Below are positions 12,740 through 24,475 of a stretch of DNA of 40,672 bases, piece after piece. The stretch covers positions 19,964,757 to 20,005,428 of the forward strand of contig NC_068991.1 in the NCBI RefSeq assembly GCF_001194135.2, in the 5' to 3' direction. Numbering within the stretch: the stretch's first letter is position 1; every line of letters begins with the position of its first letter. The position numbers were made by a program, and so were the translations under genes. The stretch is from Octopus bimaculoides (taxonomy: Eukaryota). The notes below the pieces were generated by a model. It ran no database searches and had not been told where the DNA came from. It was given only the letters and a program-made list of their open reading frames with translations.

Positions 12740-12774
12740 GACAGACAGACAGACAGACAGATAGATAGATAGAG

Positions 12775-12805
<31 letters not shown>

Positions 12806-12975
12806 AAGAGAGGGAGAGTTAGAAGAGAGAGGAAGTTAGAAGAGAGAGAGGGAGAGAGATAGACCGATGGGGAAATAGATACATATGTACAAGCGTACAT
12901 ACACACATACATGCATACGTACGTACATACATACATACATACATACATACATACATACATACATACATACACACA
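12740..12975. repeat. Compound (GACA)(GATA)(GA)(TACA) tetranucleotide microsatellite
   Basis: Direct reading. Confidence 0.95.
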
Positions 12976-13123
12976 CACAAGGGTGTATATTCGATCTGTA
13001 AAATAAGCTGAACAGGGCGAGTATATCACGACGAGAGAACAGAGGCAGAATAAGTGGAAAAAGATGAATGAATAAAGAACATCAGATTAATAAATATGGA
13101 GTGTGAAATAGGAGATGAATATT

Positions 13124-13191
<68 letters not shown>

Positions 13192-13496
13192 TGTGTGTGT
13201 GTGCGGCAATCATATACAGCCTAGAGTAGTGAACGCGTGAAAAATATGATTATATAAATGTGGAAAGCAGATCTAGCATGAAGATCTGTGGAAAACGTAG
13301 AGTTAAGCTTTGCTTAAAATGTGGAAATATTGGATAAGCTATGGACGTGAGTGTAGTGGAAGGTTATGTTATGTAAGTGGAAAAAAAACAGATGTGAGAA
13401 ACAAATGAGTGGAAAATAAAAATTGGATACATTAAGATATGAATGAGTCAATGCATTTATGGGAAAACGACAAGATTTTCTTAATCACTTTCATTA

Positions 13497-13538
13497 GCTT
13501 ACAGCTGTTTCTGCAAATAGAGACATTGCATTCAAAGC
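13497..13538 (-). ncRNA. Decayed minimal type I hammerhead ribozyme (Penelope/retrozyme-type), predicted inactive
   Basis: Minus strand GCU-UUGAA-UGCAA(loop)UUGCA-GAAA-C-AGCU-G-UA-AGC: stem I GCU/AGC, stem II UGCAA/UUGCA, intact GAAA, palindromic stem III CAGCUG, GUA cleavage triplet. The CUGANGA box is eroded to UUGAA. Confidence 0.5.
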
Positions 13539-13659
13539 TGAGGCCTTGTGCGACGACTTACAGCTTCGTCGGAGCCGTTTAACTCAGTTGTATGTTTATT
13601 GGGGAAAATATTTAAATGCTATAGAGTTGGTTACATGCAAAGCAATGTATATAATATAA

Positions 13660-13848
13660 TGATATTTTCAAATTTTAGCAGAGAGCCAGCAGATCTTCAG
13701 GGGAGGAAGAAGTTATTTATTTTATCAACCCGAAAGAACGAAGAGCAAAGTAGACCTCGGCGGAATTTGAATTCAGTATATAAAGACGGACGAAATGCCG
13801 CTAAGCTTCTTGTCCGGAATGCTAACGGTTTTGCCAGCTCGCCGCCTT
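13660..13848 (-). mobile_element. SINE family D copy (tail subtype D2)
   Basis: Head AAGGCGGCGAGCTGGCAAAACCGTTAG, B-box-like GAATTCAAATTCC and GAGGTCTACTTTG core, shared with 7 other copies. Confidence 0.85.
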
Positions 13849-13870
13849 CAAATCTTGTATAATAGAAAAG

Positions 13871-13911
<41 letters not shown>

Positions 13912-14516
13912 NNNNNNNNNNNNNNNNNNNNNNNNNNNNNNNNNNNNNNNNNNNNNNNNNNNNNNNNNNNNNNNNNNNNNNNNNNNNNNNNNNNNNNNNN
14001 NNNNNNNNNNNNNNNNNNNNNNNNNNNNNNNNNNNNNNNNNNNNNNNNNNNNNNNNNNNNNNNNNNNNNNNNNNNNNNNNNNNNNNNNNNNNNNNNNNNN
14101 NNNNNNNNNNNNNNNNNNNNNNNNNNNNNNNNNNNNNNNNNNNNNNNNNNNNNNNNNNNNNNNNNNNNNNNNNNNNNNNNNNNNNNNNNNNNNNNNNNNN
14201 NNNNNNNNNNNNNNNNNNNNNNNNNNNNNNNNNNNNNNNNNNNNNNNNNNNNNNNNNNNNNNNNNNNNNNNNNNNNNNNNNNNNNNNAAACTTCGAAGAT
14301 ATACCGCCAACTTTATTACCCTATTAGTATTATTTAGTAGATAATCTTTTAATATGAAGAATGTTTGTCAGTGTGTAGTATTTTTTTTAACCCAGAGTTG
14401 TCTCTGATGTAGCAGATCCATAGCTTAGTCTTTTTTTTTTCTTCCTGAAATACTGTAAATCTGTCTTTCTTTTGATGAAAGGGTGCTATTTGTAGTAACT
14501 CATGTTACCACAGAGA

Positions 14517-14560
<44 letters not shown>

Positions 14561-14731
14561 TGTGTGTGTGTCTGTGTCTGTGTCTGTGTTTTGTAGTGGT
14601 GAAAAATTACTTTTTCTCAGTACATTTTGCATAATAACTTTTTTAAGCAATTTAGACATCTTTCTTACGGCTAACCATCCAATTTCAAATCACAATTGTT
14701 AATTGTTGGAAGTCAGACACACTGAGATGTA

Positions 14732-14785
<54 letters not shown>

Positions 14786-14796
14786 AATACATATTA

Positions 14797-14980
14797 GGTG
14801 CAAGAATGACTGTGTGGTTGGGAAGTTTGCTTCCCAACCACATGGACCCACGTTCAGTTCCTCTGCATGGTACCTTGGGCAAGTATTTTCTGCTATAGCC
14901 ATAGGCCAACTACAGATTTGTGACTCGATTTGGTAGACGGAAACTGCAGCGTTGTTCATCAGAAAATGACTGAAAAACAT
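14797..14980 (+). mobile_element. SINE family B, internally deleted copy
   Basis: Head and body match 25339-25180 (TGTGTGG...GCTTCCCAACCACATGG...CCTTGGGCAAGT...GATTTGGTAGACGGAAACTG), followed by a tail-like AAATGACTGAAA. Confidence 0.85.
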
Positions 14981-16492
14981 GTCTATAAAGATGAGTTGTT
15001 TGCTTCATACTCCTCGTGTACTGATTCTTCCCATAAGAAAGGAACACATAACACAATGTGGCTGGGTGCATTGCTAGTATATAATAATATGATAAAATAC
15101 GGTATGAGGGTGGAAAACTCCGCCCAGAGATATGCAGATATAGATATACATATGTGTTCACACACCAGCATGATGAATACACAAGTATCTACGCATACAC
15201 ATACAAATATACTTAAACCCTCATTTATAGACGCACACAGATGAGTACAAATGTATATAATTAGATAAGTGAGCGTGCACAAAACCAGATCAATTCAGAC
15301 ATATATGAAAGCGTGGACACGGAATAAGAGATATATGTAAAATATATGTAAAAGATAATCCCAACTGAATGTATTTATTATGCTAAACTTATTACATTAA
15401 GATTAGTGGAAGCATAATATTAGCTGCCCGGTTGGCTCACGTGAAAAGTAAATGCGACAAATCAGAAGGTGGAATGTAGATACATAAGGGCGTGCGGAAT
15501 GATATATGAGGCTAGTGGAAGGTGGATATATATTATGTATATGGAAAATAGATGTAAGAAAGGGGATTTGGAGATGCAAGTAGATCGCAAACAGACAAAT
15601 GTTTGCTGAAACTTACATGTTTGCGTAGGGTCGAAGAGAATTAAATGGGAGGCAAATAAAAGTTGAATGGAAGGCAACCGATAACAAAATAAATAAACAG
15701 ATAAATAAATAAATACTTAAATAAATCAATAAATAAATAATTAAATAAATAAATAAATGAAATGAAATAAGCGGAAGCAGACCACACGTGAATGATAATT
15801 AATTGATTTGTAGATAATAAAGTTGTGTGAATAGAATAAACACTGGTTGACCATAAGATGACAGGTAAGTAGAAGGCAACCGATAGAAAAAGGAATTGGA
15901 GAGAAACAGACGATAGATGTGTGACATGTTGCTCAGAGCAAGATTAGCCATGATTAAACTGAACTACCTACCATAAAAGGACATTCCAATAATTTTTTGA
16001 TATATTTAATCCTACATTACCCCCGTGTTCTAGTGATCTGAAGTAGACGTGACCAATACTTCTCTCAGATCAAGCGATTACGGAGTAGCTCCTTGATTGG
16101 CCACGTTATATGGGTTGTGTATAAGATAGATAAGGGAAGGCGCGCCAAAACAAAATGGTCGCTATAATTTAGATAAGATGAAAGCAACACGAAATCATTT
16201 GCAAGAGGCCCATAAATAAATACTTGTGGGTTGTATAGGTCTCTTACAAGAGACGTATTTTGAGACCGCATGTTGAAACTAAAGCAATTTGTATCACTGA
16301 AGAGCCATTTTCGCCATTTAAAAACACAGGTTATTTATCTTAAACGTAACTAATGAGAATTTTAAGTACATGTCAGCTCCAGTGTTAGGTAATATACAAA
16401 CACATTTTGCTACACTTAATTATTATAAATACATATATTTCAAGGTAAGTTTTAGTTTGACAGTAGTAAGGAGTGTTTCGACTGTAATTTTG

Positions 16493-16683
16493 TTTCAAAC
16501 TTTGACATAACGCCAGCAATTTTAATGGGAGAAGTTATTCGAGTACTTGACTGGTACTTATCTTATCAACCCCAGAAGGATGAAAGCGAATTCGACATCA
16601 GCGGTATTTGAGCCCTAAACGTAAAAGCCGGAAGAAATGCTGCTTAACATTTTGTTTGGCGTGCTAGCAATTCTTCTGGCTCA
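16493..16683 (-). mobile_element. SINE family D copy (degenerate)
   Basis: CTGGTACTTATCTTATCAACCCCAGAAGGATGAAAG...GGTATTTGAG... matches the family D core. Confidence 0.8.
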
Positions 16684-16708
16684 TAGTCTTGGTCCATTGT
16701 AATATAGG

Positions 16709-16839
16709 TTTCAAAGTGTTGCATAAAGCCAGCTAAGGATGAAAGGCAAAGTCGACCTCGACGGAATTTGAACTCAGGGCATAAAGACGGACGAAATGCG
16801 GCTAAGCATTTTGCCCGCCGGGCTAACGATTGTGCCAGC
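16709..16839 (-). mobile_element. SINE family D copy with internal deletion, tandem to the previous copy
   Basis: AAGGATGAAAGGCAAAGTCGACCTCGACGGAATTTGAACTCAG...GACGGACGAAATG...GCTAAGCATTTTGCCC...GCTAACGATT. Confidence 0.87.
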
Positions 16840-17059
16840 AATGCATAGTCAACTCTTGCAGGATTCGAACTCAAATTTCAAAATATTTTTGTAGTGAAGC
16901 GGTGAAACTAAAATAAGCTAAAGATTGTCGTTATCTATCGGTTACCATCAGCGCCAGTAACACGCAACCATTTCCTTTTTCTTCTCTACATCTATTGTCA
17001 AATAATCGATTGCGACATTGACACCAAACATGTTCTCCGCCCCATTCTAATCACTAGCA

Positions 17060-17472
17060 GCACCATCCCAACTCTTACTATCACAACCACCATAACTACC
17101 ACAGCCACTACTATCATTATTATTATTATTATTGTTATTAATATCGTCACTACTATGAAGGACACACGACCGCTGTGACTACGAACAACACTACTATTCT
17201 CACTGCTGTCGTTAACTTTTCTATCGCTACCCTAACCACCACCACGTGACTACAACCGTTGCCGTCACCGCTACGTCATCGAAACAACCACTGCCACCAC
17301 CATCACTACTGTCACCACAACCACTAGCATATCACCACCACCAACGCTATCATCATCATCATCATCCCCATCAGCATAATCATCGTTGTCGTCGTCGTTG
17401 TCACCATCATCATCACTATCACCATCATCCTCGTCATCGTTGTCGTCGTCGTCGTAGTCGTCGTCGTCGTCG

Positions 17473-17517
<45 letters not shown>

Positions 17518-18900
17518 AGAAATATTTGTTGAAGCACCCCCCCCCACACACACACACACNNNNNNNNNNNNNNNNNNNNNNNNNNNNNNNNNNNNNNNNN
17601 NNNNNNNNNNNNNNNNNNNNNNNNNNNNNNNNNNNNNNNNNNNNNNNNNNNNNNNNNNNNNNNNNNNNNNNNNNNNNNNNNNNNNNNNNNNNNNNNNNNN
17701 NNNNNNNNNNNNNNNNNNNNNNNNNNNNNNNNNNNNNNNNNNNNNNNNNNNNNNNNNNNNNNNNNNNNNNNNNNNNNNNNNNNNNNNNNNNNNNNNNNNN
17801 NNNNNNNNNNNNNNNNNNNNNNNNNNNNNNNNNNNNNNNNNNNNNNNNNNNNNNNNNNNNNNNNNNNNNNNNNNNNNNNNNNNNNNNNNNNNNNNNNNNN
17901 NNNNNNNNNNNNNNNNNNNNNNNNNNNNNNNNNNNNNNNNNNNNNNNNNNNNNNNNNNNNNNNNNNNNNNNNNNNNNNNNNNNNNNNNNNNNNNNNNNNN
18001 NNNNNNNNNNNNNNNNNNNNNNNNNNNNNNNNNNNNNNNNNNNNNNNNNNNNNNNNNNNNNNNNNNNNNNNNNNNNNNNNNNNNNNNNNNNNNNNNNNNN
18101 NNNNNNNNNNNNNNNNNNNNNNNNNNNNNNNNNNNNNNNNNNNNNNNNNNNNNNNNNNNNNNNNNNNNNNNNNNNNNNNNNNNNNNNNNNNNNNNNNNNN
18201 NNNNNNNNNNNNNNNNNNNNNNNNNNNNNNNNNNNNNNNNNNNNNNNNNNNNNNNNNNNNNNNNNNNNNNNNNNNNNNNNNNNNNNNNNNNNNNNNNNNN
18301 NNNNNNNNNNNNNNNNNNNNNNNNNNNNNNNNNNNNNNNNNNNNNNNNNNNNNNNNNNNNNNNNNNNNNNNCGCTAGCAATGCCACAAACGCTATCACCA
18401 CAACCAACACCAGCACCGCTACCCACACCAGCAGCGCCACCAACATCAGCACCGCCACCAACACCAGCAGCGCCACAAACTCCACCACCAACACAGCCGG
18501 GCAATAACGACATCAACACTACAACCACCGCCACCGCAACCAACACTACCACCACTGCCAACACCAATACTACGGTCACCACCACCACCACCACCACCAC
18601 CACTAATAAACAACAAACAGCACCAGCAATGACGATGTCTATACCACAACCACCTCCACCAATGCCACCACTGCTACTACCACACTATAACCACCGCTAC
18701 CATAGCACTATAACCACTGCCACGACCACTACCACAACTACCAGTACCACCACAACCAACACCACCAGCAGAACCGAACCGCCAACACCGCCACTGATAC
18801 GACCAACAATGATGATACTGCCATCAGCATCGTTTATAAAACTACAACAACAACAACATCAATAACAACGACAAAAGCATTAAAATCATCAACATCGACA
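17060..18900. repeat. Compound CAC/CAT/CGT/CAA triplet arrays on both sides of an 812-N gap
   Basis: Direct reading; the Pro/Thr-rich or His-rich ORFs here are by-products. Confidence 0.92.
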
Positions 18901-19694
18901 ACAATTATAAGGGAAATAAAAAAAAAGGGGGTGGGAAATAACAACTACCAAGATCAAAAAATATGAATAAAGGGACGAAAAGATTCATCATATCAAACAC
19001 AATAACAATAAGAAAAAACAAGAAGAACAAGAAGAAACAACAAGCTGTATTTTATAGCGAAGACAACAACGGCCGCCATTTTAGAAGAACAAAGAAAATG
19101 GAAGACATGTTGGATCGGCAGTAAAGAAGATCATAAACACTTTAGGCGCACATCGATATCAATAAAGTGTTTGTTAGTATTGTTGTTGTTGTTGTTGTTG
19201 TTGTTACTACTATCGTTGCTTTATTTTTATGCTGTAATTGTTGTCAATGGTGTTGTTGAAGTTAATGTTACTGATACTGTTATTATATTTTAATATTGCT
19301 GCTGCTGTTGTGGGTATGGCGGTGGCGCTGGTGGTTTTACGGAGGTGGTTAGCGTTTATTTATAATTCTTTGTTTTTTTATTTATTTATTTTTTTGTTTT
19401 TTTGTTTTTTTTTTTGCAATAGTTTTATATTTTCTTTTCTACCTTTCAAGGGTGCTGCAACTCTGTTACCGTATTTAGTTGTGTATAAGTTGCAACGCTT
19501 ATTTAGTGTTACATCCTGGTACGAAATGCTTTCCCTTCATAGTTTAATCTTTGCCTCGTGTGCCCCAGTTTCTTTAATTAAAATCAAGTATAAAATAGTA
19601 TGACTTACAGACGATTAAATACGATGCTTCTAACCCAGGAAAAGTGACCTCTTAACTTCCAACACTTTTTTTTTTTTGTTGCTCTTCATTATAT

Positions 19695-19736
19695 GGTCAC
19701 ATATTATGCAGACGATCGGCTGCATAATCTGTGACC
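19695..19736. repeat. 42-bp near-perfect palindrome
   Basis: GGTCACATATTATGCAG-ACGATCGG-CTGCATAATCTGTGACC; 17-bp arms with 1 mismatch, and the loop contains CGATCG. Confidence 0.9.
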
Positions 19737-20429
19737 TGGTTCGTTGTGAAAAGCAAAGTCACTTATTCGGTGTTGTCAGATCACTACGCTTAGTTGTGTA
19801 GGTATCAACGAGACAAAAAATTCCGAGATGCGCTTGGTCAAACTCTTTCGGCCCCACTGCGATGGTTGCACCGCCATCAGACGACCCATATCGAGTTCAG
19901 GGATAATTCTGTTTTGGAAACACTTAGATCTAAACCAGGTGTCGGCGAATTTCGTATGTCATTGACCTATTCATGAAATCGTTGATAACTTATCGAATCC
20001 CATTATGTAAATGTTTAAAGTATAATTAAAAAGTATAATTAATTTTTAAAAAACGGGTCCTAATTTAAAACAATAATTCTTTCGTTCTTTCGTGTCATTA
20101 CCGCTTTTTAATAAGAAATATTTAAAGACATTTAACCAAAATACTTAATGAAAGTGATAAAGAACAATAAAATCTGAGTTAACGGAATTTTTAATGTGAA
20201 ATATGCGTTTGGTGAATACTAATTATGCATCGATGTTTGTTTGGAAATTAGTGAGTTTAGCTTTAAGTATTGCGCTCTTCATGATTCAGTTCGTTAATAA
20301 TTTAGCATACTTAATGTTCAAAATAGCTTCAGGCATTCATTGACCCCCTACATAGACTTCCCCCAGGGAGGGGAAGATTAATATCGATCACTTTGCCGAT
20401 TCGTGTTCTAGAAGTAAGTCTTTTTTTCT

Positions 20430-21170
20430 TATACCCGAACTGTAGACCGATGGTTCTGAATGTGAACAATACTAAATACGTCTGTGGTGCCTTCAGGCTA
20501 GGGATGGGCGGTTGCGTTAGACTATACGCCAGCAGGAATTCAAAGAACATCTTATTCATTTCGTTAGAGAGCATTCGGAATACTAGCTTGGAAACAAGCA
20601 GAGATTATGTAGAGTTAGCCGACAGAAAACGGGTACAAAAACCTCACATATTTGCTGAAACGGATACAACCGTCTGTCAAGTCCCGCCTCGATGACCTAA
20701 ATGTACTCATGTGAACTTAGGCCAGCAAAAACGCGCCATTTCGTCGTACTTGGATAAAACTTTTCGTTAAGTTAGCCAAGTGGTTTAGTGAAAGTCGTCA
20801 ACAATTTCAGACAGTTGTTTGCACGTACCACAAATCTGGGATCTGCACTTTCCATTTAGATAGGAGAAATAAACAGCGACTCCGTTACTAGAAGCTGAAG
20901 GCATCTTTCCCGACACTGAAAGACTTATGGGGCTGGATTAGCGAAGTAGCAAAGCGAGAACTGACAAGGACCATCATCAACATCACGAAGTGTGCCTCGC
21001 TAAAAACAAAATAAGAGCAGCATCCATTACCTTTATCAAAGAAATAACTAGAGATAAGAAATGTTGGTTAGGAGTTAATCGGGCGATTAAAAAAGGCACA
21101 ATGTGCCAGTGGATTATACTGGTACTCCACGAAACATCAAGAATATGTTGTTCGTGTGAGGGTAGGCAGT
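20430..21170 (+). mobile_element. Heavily decayed Ty3/Gypsy pol remnant (RNase H to integrase)
   Basis: Collinear degenerate motifs across frames: VCGAFRLGMGGCV (cf. xCDASxxGLGAxL), YASR, FAETD (cf. ETDHKPL), KLAKW (cf. RLARW), IRAASITFIKEITR...CWLGVNRAIKK...CQ (cf. HHCC zinc-binding region), PVDYTGT (cf. HIDYAGP). Confidence 0.45.
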
Positions 21171-21589
21171 ATGAAAAAATACGGGGACGAAAGGTGTTGT
21201 TATTATTATTGTTGTTACGTTGGAGTTAATATTTAAATATTATCATTATTATTAGTGGCCTATAAATGAGGGTAATAATAATTACTACTATTATGATATA
21301 TATATACATGTGCGCGCATTAGTTATTTCTAATACAATGGTATGAAAAGTTCACCGCATAATCACATCTGGTTATCCAATGCACATTTCATGACGTGCAC
21401 AATGGTGAAATATACGTAGGGACAAATGATACATACATGTGCTTATCGTAATTTCTCTCCCTCACATACATACACACAAACACACACACAAACATACACA
21501 TGTATATATACACATTATATTCACACAGACACACATAAATGCATTTGTGTGCGTGTGTACGTGTGTGACCATATCAAGACCCGATCTTA

Positions 21590-21975
21590 TTATGGCTACA
21601 ACCATTATCACCAACAGCACAACCACAACAATAACCTTAAGCATCACAATTTTCAAAAATAACAAGGGACGTCACTACAACAACAACCGCTACTATTGCA
21701 ACCACTACAACCACAACCAACACTGCCACCACAACAACCACATATGATACTACTACTACAGTCGGCATAAACCCCTACAGAAACTACTAAGACGAGAACT
21801 GCATATAATCTGGATTAAAAACAAAAAAAAATCACCACTGCTACAATCATTACCATCGCAACCAGCACCACACCCATTAACACTACGACAGCCACCACAA
21901 CCGCCAATAGCACCACCATCAAAATCACCTACAATACCACAGCCAATATCATCCCCAGCGCCAACGCTACACTGC
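21590..21975. repeat. Degenerate CAC/CAA/TAC triplet array
   Basis: Direct reading. Confidence 0.85.
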
Positions 21976-22132
21976 GACTCGCACAAATCCTCTGCTCCTG
22001 AAATCAATAAACGTCTCCATGATTATTTTAATTTTTTCTTCTTTTCTTCCATTTAAAAAGGTGTCTGACACAAGATCACATTTTCTTCTAATTGTTTGTT
22101 TGTGATTCCATATTTGTAATCGTTGTTGTTGT

Positions 22133-22141
22133 TATTATTAC

Positions 22142-22203
<62 letters not shown>

Positions 22204-22204
22204 N
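22133..22204. repeat. (ATT)n microsatellite running into a gap
   Basis: Direct reading. Confidence 0.97.
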
Positions 22205-22854
22205 NNNNNNNNNNNNNNNNNNNNNNNNNNNNNNNNNNNNNNNNNNNNNNNNNNNNNNNNNNNNNNNNNNNNNNNNNNNNNNNNNNNNNNNNNNNNNNNN
22301 NNNNNNNNNNNNNNNNNNNNNNNNNNNNNNNNNNNNNNNNNNNNNNNNNNNNNNNNNNNNNNNNNNNNNNNNNNNNNNNNNNNNNNNNNNNNNNNNNNNN
22401 NNNNNNNNNNNNNNNNNNNNNNNNNNNNNNNNNNNNNNNNNNNNNNNNNNNNNNNNNNNNNNNNNNNNNNNNNNNNNNNNNNNNNNNNNNNNNNNNNNNN
22501 NNNNNNNNNNNNNNNNNNNNNNNNNNNNNNNNNNNNNNNNNNNNNNNNNNNNNNNNNNNNNNNNNNNNNNNNNNNNNNNNNNNNNNNNNNNNNNNNNNNN
22601 NNNNNNNNNNNNNNNNNNNNNNNNNNNNNNNNNNNNNNNNNNNNNNNNNNNNNNNNNNNNNNNNNNNNNNNNNNNNNNNNNNNNNNNNNNNNNNNNNNNN
22701 NNNNNNNNNNNNNNNNNNNNNNNNNNNNNNNNNNNNNNNNNNNNNNNNNNNNNNNNNNNNNNNNNNNNNNNNNNNNNNNNNNNNNNNNNNNNNNNNNNNN
22801 NNNNNNNNNNNNNNNNNNNNNNNNNNNNNNNNNNNNNNNNNNNNNNNNNNNNNN

Positions 22855-23035
22855 GCGCTCTGTGTTCAAATTTCGCTGAGGTCGTCGACTTTGATTTTCA
22901 TTTTTTGGGGTTGATGAAATATGTACCAGCTGCTCACTGGTCGTCGATGTAATCGACTTACCCTTCCCTAAAATTTCAAGCCTTGTGCCTATAATAGAAA
23001 AGATTATTATATGAAAGCGGCGAGCTAGCAGAATC
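22855..23035 (+). mobile_element. SINE family D (tail subtype D1; head hidden in the gap), followed by the first ~23 nt of a second head
   Basis: GTTCAAATTTCGCTGAGGTCG...GTCGATGTAATCGACTTACCC...CCTTGTGCCTATAATAGAAAAGATTATTAT, then AAAGCGGCGAGCTAGCAGAATC. Confidence 0.85.
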
Positions 23036-23467
23036 AATCATCATCGTCATCATCATCATCATGTAGCTTTTACTTCTCTATTTCTAAGTATAATGGATCA
23101 TTTGTTTATATTATGGGTGTCTCCTCTTCAATCCCATTCTAGTCTCTTCTCCATTATGTGTGTGTATTTTTATACATCATTTTTTTGTTGTTGTTAGATT
23201 ACCGTTGTTTTTTTTTCTTTATATTCTCTTTACTCGCTCTCCTCTTCTATGTAAACCTCGACATCCTCTTCGTCTTCCTACTTAAGTATGACATTGAGCT
23301 ACCATTTCACTGGAGTAAAGAAAGTATGACAACGATGGCGACGACGACAAAGAAAACTATAACGAGCGGAAAAATTCTGTAAACATACATATACGAAGCC
23401 AGAGGGGATCATAATATGACGCTGGACAATAGGAAGATCCCAGTGGTCAGTTAATTAGTTAGTGTCA

Positions 23468-23703
23468 GTGAAGGTGGCTTAGTGGTTAGTGTATTCGGGT
23501 CGCGATCGTAAGGTCGAGTGTTCGATTCTCGGCGGCACGTTGCGTCTTTGAGCAAGACACTTTATTTCACGTTGCTCCAGTTTGCTCTGCTGTCAAAAAT
23601 GAGTAGTGTCTGTATTTCAAAGAGCTATCTCCCTGAGAACTACATTAGGGGTTACTCGTGTCTGTGGATTGCTCAGCCACTCGCACGTTAATTTAAGTAG
23701 CAG
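23468..23703 (+). mobile_element. Chimeric SINE: family C head/core joined to family A body
   Basis: 23468-23606 aligns with the 5' part of the copy at 28240 (TGGCTTAGTGG...TTGAGCAAGACACTT..ATTTCACGTTGCTCCAG...AAAAATGAGTA). 23607-23703 aligns with family A (CTGTA.TTCAAAG...GAGAACTAC...GTGTCTGTGG...GCACGTTAATTT). Confidence 0.8.
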
Positions 23704-23927
23704 AAAAACGAGGTTTTATTCCTGAAGGTTTAGGAAATTATCAAGAGATACGTTTATTAATTTTGAGAAACTCCAACTAGGGCCCAGTCTAAGAACACTA
23801 CAGATCCAGGATTACCCTGACAACCAAAGGCACGTGATTTTACTCAATTTCAAAGGATGCTCTGACTTCCATGCACTTGTCGTAACACCCCGGCACCTCG
23901 GAAGTCCTCCCGTAGCGTCTAGAACCT

Positions 23928-23980
23928 TTTTCACAGCCCCCATTTTCACAGCCCCCATTTTCACAGCCCCCATTTTCACA
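23928..23980. repeat. 15-bp tandem repeat TTTTCACAGCCCCCA x3.5 inside the mariner fragment
   Basis: Direct reading; gives (KMGAV)x3 in the transposase frame. Confidence 0.95.
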
Positions 23981-24036
23981 ATGTCTTCAAAATAACTACT
24001 GCTGAGATTCTCCTTCAATTTGGAGAACAAGCAAAA

Positions 24037-24475
24037 TTTACCGATAAAGGTAAAACGTAAAGCTACCTTCACGCGTCGTGCCAACTCATAAGGGCCGGTT
24101 TACCGGTTTCCATGGCTTACATATTCCCCTCCTGGACGAGACGCCGGGCCATCGCATGATTACTAATTTTCGCCAGTTGAGTACGCACATGTACAGAGTC
24201 CAAGCTTGGCCGACTTTTAGAGTTATGTTGAATAGCTGTAATTACCTATAGGACGAATCCGGCTATCGGCCAAGTCCGTCGTAGGGATAACACCACCACT
24301 CTCGTTGAACAAACGCAGACGGTGTTCTGCCAAGGGACTATTGCGAGATTGAGTGGTCTACGTGAAATGAAGTGTTTTGCTCAAGAACACAACGCGTCAC
24401 CCGGTCCAGGAATCGAAACCACAATCTTACGATCATAAATCCAACACCCCTAACCACTAAGCCACGCGCCTCCAC
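24037..24475 (-). mobile_element. SINE family C variant with a ~150-bp extra internal segment and an RTE-like tail
   Basis: Head GTGGAGGCGCGTGGCTTAGTGG...GGTTTCGATTCCTGGACCGGG is nearly identical to the copy at 28240. 3' module GCGATGGCCCGGCGTCTCGTCCAG...GAAACCGG. Tail TATGAGTTGGCACGACGCG plus a T-rich repeat. Confidence 0.87.
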
